From Solirubrobacteraceae bacterium (GTDB lineage Bacteria > Actinomycetota > Thermoleophilia > Solirubrobacterales > Solirubrobacteraceae): a DNA stretch of 29,854 nt. Within the stretch, counting starts at the first letter, position 1, and every line of letters begins with the position of its first letter. Where the stretch lies: contig DATAJI010000151.1 of NCBI GenBank assembly GCA_036262195.1, positions 1 through 29,854 of the forward strand, given 5' to 3'. The notes beneath the pieces were generated by a model. The model was not told the origin of the DNA. It saw only the letters and a list, made by a program, of their open reading frames with translations, and did not search any database. This document shows, one piece after another, positions 1 through 4,437 of the stretch. The position numbers and the translations under genes are program-made.

Positions 1-120
1 AAGCCAGGAGAGCTCACGGTTGATGTACAGCGCCGGATCGGCAAAGCGCGTCAACTCTCCGAGCTCATCACCGCCGTCCGTGCGCGCGATCGCGTCAGTG
101 CTGCTCATTCGAGCACTCAT
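1..120 (-). CDS. ppk1: Polyphosphate kinase 1, 5' end (runs off the window edge)
   Basis: Not in the ORF track. Manual translation from ATG at 120 gives MSARMSSTDAIARTDGGDELGELTRFADPALYINRELSWL; NRELSWL is the conserved Ppk1 N-terminal motif. The start overlaps the upstream CHAD stop (TAATG). Alternative ATG at 108. Confidence 0.9.
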   Translation of the reverse strand, partial: MSARMSSTDAIARTDGGDELGELTRFADPALYINRELSWL

Positions 121-596
121 TATGCGCCGACGGCGGTGCCGTTCGGTGAACAGTCCGTTGCGGCAAGAATTCGTTCGCGAAGAGCGCTCGTCTCGATCGT
201 CCACCACAAAACCCCGACCTGCTCGAACAGTGTGCGGCGGCGCCTGCTCAGCCGCGCTGCCAGCCGGCGTATGCCCTTGCTTTGCGCCTGCTCGTGCTGC
301 CCGAGCCGTGCCAGCAGGACGTCGCAGTCGTGGACGTCGCCGATCAGCGTCTGTAGCTCGCGCATGCGTGTCTCGGCCTCCCCGGCGACGTCGCCCAAGC
401 AGAAGCCGACCAGCTCGAGCACGTAGCGCAGCCGCTTTGCAGCGATCCGTAGGGCGTGGAGGGCCGTGGCGTCCGCGCCGGCGAGCGCGCTCGGTGCGAG
501 CGAGAACACCTCTCCGGTGCGCACCGCGACGATTCGGCGCGCCGCCTGGGCGAGATCCATGTGCGGGTCGAGTCCACTGATGTCTTGTGCCTTCAC
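120..596 (-). CDS. CHAD-domain protein, half-length (C-terminal-type half)
   Basis: LHALRIAAKRLRYVLE and LQTLIGDVHDCDV are CHAD second-half motifs. 158 aa; GTG start overlaps the upstream stop (GTGA); directly upstream of ppk1. Confidence 0.85.
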   Translation of the reverse strand: MKAQDISGLDPHMDLAQAARRIVAVRTGEVFSLAPSALAGADATALHALRIAAKRLRYVLELVGFCLGDVAGEAETRMRELQTLIGDVHDCDVLLARLGQHEQAQSKGIRRLAARLSRRRRTLFEQVGVLWWTIETSALRERILAATDCSPNGTAVGA

Positions 597-1048
597 GGCG
601 CAATCCTTCGCAGTCGACGCTCGAGGTCCGCGTCCTCGACATGTGCGAGCGCCTTCCGCAGGCGCTTGTTGGCCTGGACCTGATCGCCGCGCAGGTCGTT
701 GACGACTTGGTCGATTGCAGCTCGCTCTGCCCTGCTGCGGGCGTCGCGGCGCAGCGAGTTCAGCAGGTCGATCTGCACGTCGCAGTCGCGGCGTTCCCCG
801 AGCACACTGGCGAGCTTCTTCACGTCGGCGAGCGCCGCACTGGTCCGCTTGCGCGCAAGGCCGGCACCGAAGACCTCGAGCGCTGCCCGCAGGCGCCGGG
901 TTGCGACGCGCATCTTGTGCACTCGCCCAGGGTCGTCAGTGTCGAGCACCCCTTCGGCGCGGGCGAACATCTCGCGAGCACGCGCGGCGACGACCGCCTG
1001 TCCGGCTGCGCGATAGGACTGATCGGCCCGTAGCTCGATCTCGGTCAT
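593..1048 (-). CDS. CHAD-domain protein, half-length (N-terminal-type half)
   Basis: VHKMRVATRRLRAALEVF and LGERRDCDV are CHAD first-half motifs. Start placed at ATG 1048 (MTEIEL, 151 aa) because GGAGG lies at 1060-1056. Confidence 0.85.
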   Translation of the reverse strand: MTEIELRADQSYRAAGQAVVAARAREMFARAEGVLDTDDPGRVHKMRVATRRLRAALEVFGAGLARKRTSAALADVKKLASVLGERRDCDVQIDLLNSLRRDARSRAERAAIDQVVNDLRGDQVQANKRLRKALAHVEDADLERRLRRIAP

Positions 1049-1107
1049 CGCCACGCCTCCCAACCGGCGGCGATCAGCGAAGCGATGTTGATGCACGCAC
1101 AGATCAC
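1045..1107 (-). CDS. Putative 20-aa leaderless upstream ORF (MICACINIASLIAAGWEAWR)
   Basis: GTG at 1107 lies 6 nt after a TAGCCT -10 hexamer. Its TGA overlaps the CHAD ATG (ATGA). Third codon positions are mostly G/C. An in-frame TAG just upstream excludes a longer ORF. Confidence 0.5.
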   Translation of the reverse strand: MICACINIASLIAAGWEAWR

Positions 1108-1113
1108 CCGCTC

Positions 1114-1125
1114 AGGCTATAGCCT
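1114..1125. promoter_or_regulatory. Palindromic back-to-back -10 elements (AGGCTATAGCCT), bidirectional leaderless promoter
   Basis: Perfect 12-bp palindrome giving TAGCCT on both strands, each followed 6 nt later by a start codon (ATG 1132 on +, GTG 1107 on -). Confidence 0.6.
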
Positions 1126-1131
1126 CAGCTG

Positions 1132-1605
1132 ATGGCGAAAACACTTTGGCTGTTACGCCATGGTGAGGCTGAGGACCCCGGTAGGGGTTCGGATTCCGAT
1201 CGCCGCCTGACCAAGCGTGGTGAGGATCAAGCGCGCGCGGCGGGTCGCGCGCTCTCGCGGCTTGGGGTCACCTTCGAGCTCGTTTTTGCGAGCCCGCGAG
1301 TGCGCGCCCTCGATACGGCGCGGATCGCCTCCGTCGAGCTTCGACTCGAGCCGATCCTGCACGAGCCGCTCGGCGGCGACTTTGGAGCCGATGACGCCGC
1401 TGAGCTTGTCGCGGCCACAAGCGACGGTGGCGCGCTCCTGCTCGTCGGGCACGAGCCAGACATGTCTGGGCTCGTAGCGGCGTTCACCGGAGGCCACGTC
1501 GCGATGAAGAAGGGAGGCCTCGCCGCGATCCGTCTTGCGGGCCGGCGCGGTGAGCTCGCGCTGCTCCTACGTCCGCGCGAGATCGAGTTCCTCGCTGCGG
1601 GTTGA
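1132..1605 (+). CDS. sixA: Phosphohistidine phosphatase SixA family (histidine phosphatase superfamily)
   Basis: LLRHGEAE, DRRLTKRG, SPRVRALDTA and LVGHEPDMS motifs; 157 aa. Confidence 0.85.
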   Translation: MAKTLWLLRHGEAEDPGRGSDSDRRLTKRGEDQARAAGRALSRLGVTFELVFASPRVRALDTARIASVELRLEPILHEPLGGDFGADDAAELVAATSDGGALLLVGHEPDMSGLVAAFTGGHVAMKKGGLAAIRLAGRRGELALLLRPREIEFLAAG

Positions 1606-2409
1606 CAGGTCGCCGAGGGCCGCCAGCTCGCCGGCTGTTGAAAGGCCACCGATGGGCTCCGCAGCGAAGCGGTAGCCGATCCCGAAATGCGTGTGGATGT
1701 AGCGCCAGCCCGGCGAGACCCGCTCGAGCTTCTGGCGCAGCTTCCGCACGAACACATCGACGGAGCGATCGCCGCGGACCATCGAATAGCCCCATAGGCG
1801 CTGATAGACAAACTCGCGCTCAAGCACGCGTCCACCCGAGCCGGCCAGCAGCTCGATCAGCTCGAACTCGCGGCGCGTCAGGTCGATGCTGACGCCGTTC
1901 ACAAACGCCTGGTATTGGTCACGGTGGATCTCGACCTCGCCGGCGAGGATCGGCATGCTGTCCTGGGGCGACTCGAGCCGGCGGCGGCGGCGCACGACCG
2001 CCTCGACGCGGGCGATCAGCTCTTCCGGGTGACACGGCTTCGTCAACCAGTCGTCGGCACCGAGTCGTAGCCCGCGGACGCGCTGCGCGACCGTCGAGGA
2101 GCCGGTGCAGACCACGACTGGCAGCTCGGGTAGCTCACCACAGAGACGCTCGAGCCACTCCCAGCAAGCCGGTCCGAGCACTGCGAGATCGACGATCACC
2201 GCGCTCAGGCGCATCGGCACGATCGTCTGCGGCGAGACTGAGGAGGCGAGCACGCGGCGTTCCCAGCCAATGCGCTCGAGGCGCTTGTCGAGTACCTGCA
2301 GGAAGCCGGAGTCGCGGTCGAGGATCGCGATCCGCAGCGGTGCAGCCGTCGGATCAACGAGGAGTCCCTCCCCCTGAAGCGCCCTGGCGGCGGAAGCGTC
2401 TTCCGTCAT
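1567..2409 (-). CDS. OmpR/PhoB-family response regulator with atypical receiver
   Basis: Receiver (VIVD, CTG, GADDWLTKP) plus winged-helix domain (LTRREFELIELL, RSVDVFVRKLRQKL, IHTHFGIGYRF). Start placed at ATG 2409, downstream of TACAAT. The 3' end overlaps sixA convergently by 39 nt. Confidence 0.88.
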   Translation of the reverse strand: MTEDASAARALQGEGLLVDPTAAPLRIAILDRDSGFLQVLDKRLERIGWERRVLASSVSPQTIVPMRLSAVIVDLAVLGPACWEWLERLCGELPELPVVVCTGSSTVAQRVRGLRLGADDWLTKPCHPEELIARVEAVVRRRRRLESPQDSMPILAGEVEIHRDQYQAFVNGVSIDLTRREFELIELLAGSGGRVLEREFVYQRLWGYSMVRGDRSVDVFVRKLRQKLERVSPGWRYIHTHFGIGYRFAAEPIGGLSTAGELAALGDLSTRSEELDLART

Positions 2410-2418
2410 CTGCGTTCG

Positions 2419-2448
2419 ATTGTAGTGGCGCGGCGGCGCGGCGTGTAA
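2419..2448 (-). promoter_or_regulatory. Primary-sigma-type promoter for the response regulator (TTACAC-N18-TACAAT)
   Basis: TTACAC at 2448-2443 and TACAAT at 2424-2419 on the minus strand; 9 nt from the -10 to the ATG. Confidence 0.5.
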
Positions 2449-2463
2449 GCGTACGCCAGCCGC

Positions 2464-2485
2464 GGTCACAGGATATTCACACGTG
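2464..2485 (+). promoter_or_regulatory. PHO-box-like pair of 11-nt direct repeats
   Basis: GGTCACAGGAT ATTCACACGTG, just upstream of the regulator's -35 and in the opposite orientation to the gene. Resembles the actinobacterial PhoP repeat unit (GTTCACC / GGTCA core). Confidence 0.45.
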
Positions 2486-2514
2486 AGACGTCGCTAGGAG
2501 CGGGATTCCGCCGC

Positions 2515-3225
2515 TCAGGCTTTGGCGGCCGGGAGCTGGGAGGAGTCGGAGAACTCGCGGAACAGACCCGTTACCACGAACGCCGTTTGCTCGCCGATAT
2601 CAACGGCGTTGTCGCCGACTCGCTCCAGTGCTCGCGCGACCATCGTCATGCACATCGCCCATTCCCTGGTGTCGATGTCGTCGCCGACCGCGACCGCGAG
2701 CTGAAAGATGTCGCGCTGGATCTGGTTGACCTCGCTGTCCTGCCGCACCAAGTCCTCCGCAAGCTCGACGTCGCGATCCGCGAATGCCCGCTTTGACTGG
2801 GAGACCTCGGAGCGCACAACCTCTCCCATCCGAGCAAGCTTGGCCAGGATTTCCGGCCGTGTTGGCGGCTCGTTGCCGGCCAACGGCAGCAGCTTGCAGA
2901 TGTTCACGCACTGGTCGCCCATCCTCTCGACGTTGCGGATCACGTGTAGCAGCGCCGCGACGACGCGCAGGTCGCCGGCTACGGGGCTCTGGCGCGCTAG
3001 CAGCGACAGGACACCCTGGTGAATCTCGAGATAACGCCCGTCGACTCGGTCATCGTCGGCGATCACCATCGATGCCAGCTCGACGTCCTGGTGGGCGACG
3101 GCTTCGAGCGAGCGGTCGAGCTGCTCGAGGACGAGGTCGATGCCCTCCAGCGTGCGCGTCTCGAGTTCGCGCAGCTCGTCGTGGAAGTGCGGCCGGGCGG
3201 GGTGTGTATGCGACGTCGCTGACAT
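2515..3225 (-). CDS. phoU: Phosphate signalling complex protein PhoU
   Basis: FHDELREL, VIADDDRVDGRYLEI, PVAGDLR, NVERMGDQCVNI and LERVGDNAVDIGE match the two-repeat PhoU pattern. Confidence 0.95.
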   Translation of the reverse strand: MSATSHTHPARPHFHDELRELETRTLEGIDLVLEQLDRSLEAVAHQDVELASMVIADDDRVDGRYLEIHQGVLSLLARQSPVAGDLRVVAALLHVIRNVERMGDQCVNICKLLPLAGNEPPTRPEILAKLARMGEVVRSEVSQSKRAFADRDVELAEDLVRQDSEVNQIQRDIFQLAVAVGDDIDTREWAMCMTMVARALERVGDNAVDIGEQTAFVVTGLFREFSDSSQLPAAKA

Positions 3226-3262
3226 TTGGCTCGCTTCGCTTGCCTACGGGACCGAGGGGAGG

Positions 3263-3688
3263 CTACGCCGTTGCCGCGCCGTCCGCGTCTGGCGGCCTCG
3301 TCGTATCGTCGCCAGTCTCGGGCCTCGGCGAGGTGCCGGTGTCAATTTCTCGTGAAAGCTGTGCCTGGAAGCGGTAGCCGAAGCCGGGGTGGGTGTGGAT
3401 GAAGCGGCGGCCCGGAGCGGCTGCCTCCAGCTTTGCGCGCAGCTTGCTCACGTACACGTCGACCGAGCGGTCGCCGGGGCGAAGCTCCCGACCCCAGACG
3501 GTGCGGCACAGCTCGTCACGGCGCACGATCCCGCCGGCGCGGTCGACCATCGCCACGAGCAGCTGGAACTCGCGCATCGAAAGCGTGAGCGCTTCTCCGC
3601 CTGCGAGCACGAGCCCCTCGGATGTTCTGATCTCGAGATCGTCGATGCGGATCGTTCGCGGCTCGTCCCGATGCGCTTGAGCGACCAT
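3263..3688 (-). CDS. Stand-alone OmpR-type winged-helix DNA-binding protein (no receiver domain)
   Basis: LSMREFQLLVAM, RSVDVYVSKLRAKL and IHTHPGFGYRF. Start placed at ATG 3688 (141 aa); the longer ORF extension runs through the promoter/repeat region and has no receiver motifs. Confidence 0.85.
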   Translation of the reverse strand: MVAQAHRDEPRTIRIDDLEIRTSEGLVLAGGEALTLSMREFQLLVAMVDRAGGIVRRDELCRTVWGRELRPGDRSVDVYVSKLRAKLEAAAPGRRFIHTHPGFGYRFQAQLSREIDTGTSPRPETGDDTTRPPDADGAATA

Positions 3689-3720
3689 CTCCCTGGGCAG
3701 CCTCCCGCCCAGCGCGCAGG

Positions 3721-3764
3721 ATCGGGTTAACATGCGGTGACGTAGCGGTGAACAACTCGTGAAA
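3721..3764 (-). promoter_or_regulatory. Array of four 11-nt PHO-box-like direct repeats
   Basis: The minus strand reads TTTCACGAGTT GTTCACCGCTA CGTCACCGCAT GTTAACCCGAT with exact 11-nt periodicity, between the divergent wHTH-phoU and DUF47 genes. Unit 2 contains GTTCACC, the Streptomyces PhoP core. Confidence 0.7.
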
Positions 3765-3804
3765 CAAGGCCAACGCAGTGCGCGGCTCTCTACGCTGAGG
3801 TTCA

Positions 3805-4437
3805 ATGGCGCTGCTGCGTAGGTCGATAGACGAACCGCTGCTCGCGCTCCTCGAGGAGTCCGGACGCAACGTTCAGCGAACGGCGCTGCTGCTGCGCGAC
3901 ATGCTGGCCGACTACCCGGAGCGGGCGACCCTCGCTCAAGATCTCCGGCTCTGCGAGCAGGAGGGCGACCGGATCACGCACGACCTGATTCACAGGCTGA
4001 ACAGCAACGGTCGGGTGCGCGCGCCGTTCGACGCGGGCGACGGCTACCGCCTGGCGACGGCGCTTGACGACATCGTCGACGAAGCCGAGCAGGTGGCAGA
4101 CACGCTCGGCCTGTACGCGGTGGAGGCCACGATGGAGGCGGCTGTCGATCTCGCCGACGTGCTCGTCGGCGCGTGCGAGCAGGTCGCGCACGCGCTTCGC
4201 TGCTTGCGCATGGGTAGCGGGCTGGCACCGCACCTCGTCGAGATCCATCGGCTCGAGAACGAAGGCGATCGCATTCGCCGCGACGCCGTCGCATCGCTGT
4301 TCGTTGGTGGTACGGACCCAATGGTCGTGATCCGCTGGCGCGACATCTTCGAGTCACTTGAGGCCGCTGTAGACGCTTGCGAGACCGTCGCGCACATGCT
4401 CGAAGGCATCGCGCTGCGCGACCGCCGTCGCCGCTGA
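3805..4437 (+). CDS. DUF47-family PhoU-like phosphate transport regulator
   Basis: CEQEGDRITHDLIHRLN, ALDDIVD, IHRLENEGD and IRWRDIFESLEAAVDACE follow the DUF47/YkaA pattern. TACGCT -10 at 3791-3796. Confidence 0.9.
   Translation: MALLRRSIDEPLLALLEESGRNVQRTALLLRDMLADYPERATLAQDLRLCEQEGDRITHDLIHRLNSNGRVRAPFDAGDGYRLATALDDIVDEAEQVADTLGLYAVEATMEAAVDLADVLVGACEQVAHALRCLRMGSGLAPHLVEIHRLENEGDRIRRDAVASLFVGGTDPMVVIRWRDIFESLEAAVDACETVAHMLEGIALRDRRRR

Noticed and set aside
593-596. The two CHAD ORFs as one frameshifted pseudogene
   Set aside because: The junction is a clean GTGA stop/start overlap, and both ORFs begin with mutually homologous helices. This fits two genes better, though a sequencing indel cannot be fully excluded.
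1091-1112. Possible PHO box ATGCACGCACA GATCACCCGCT upstream of sixA
   Set aside because: The spacing is 11 nt, but the first unit matches poorly and the site lies inside the putative uORF; too weak to call.
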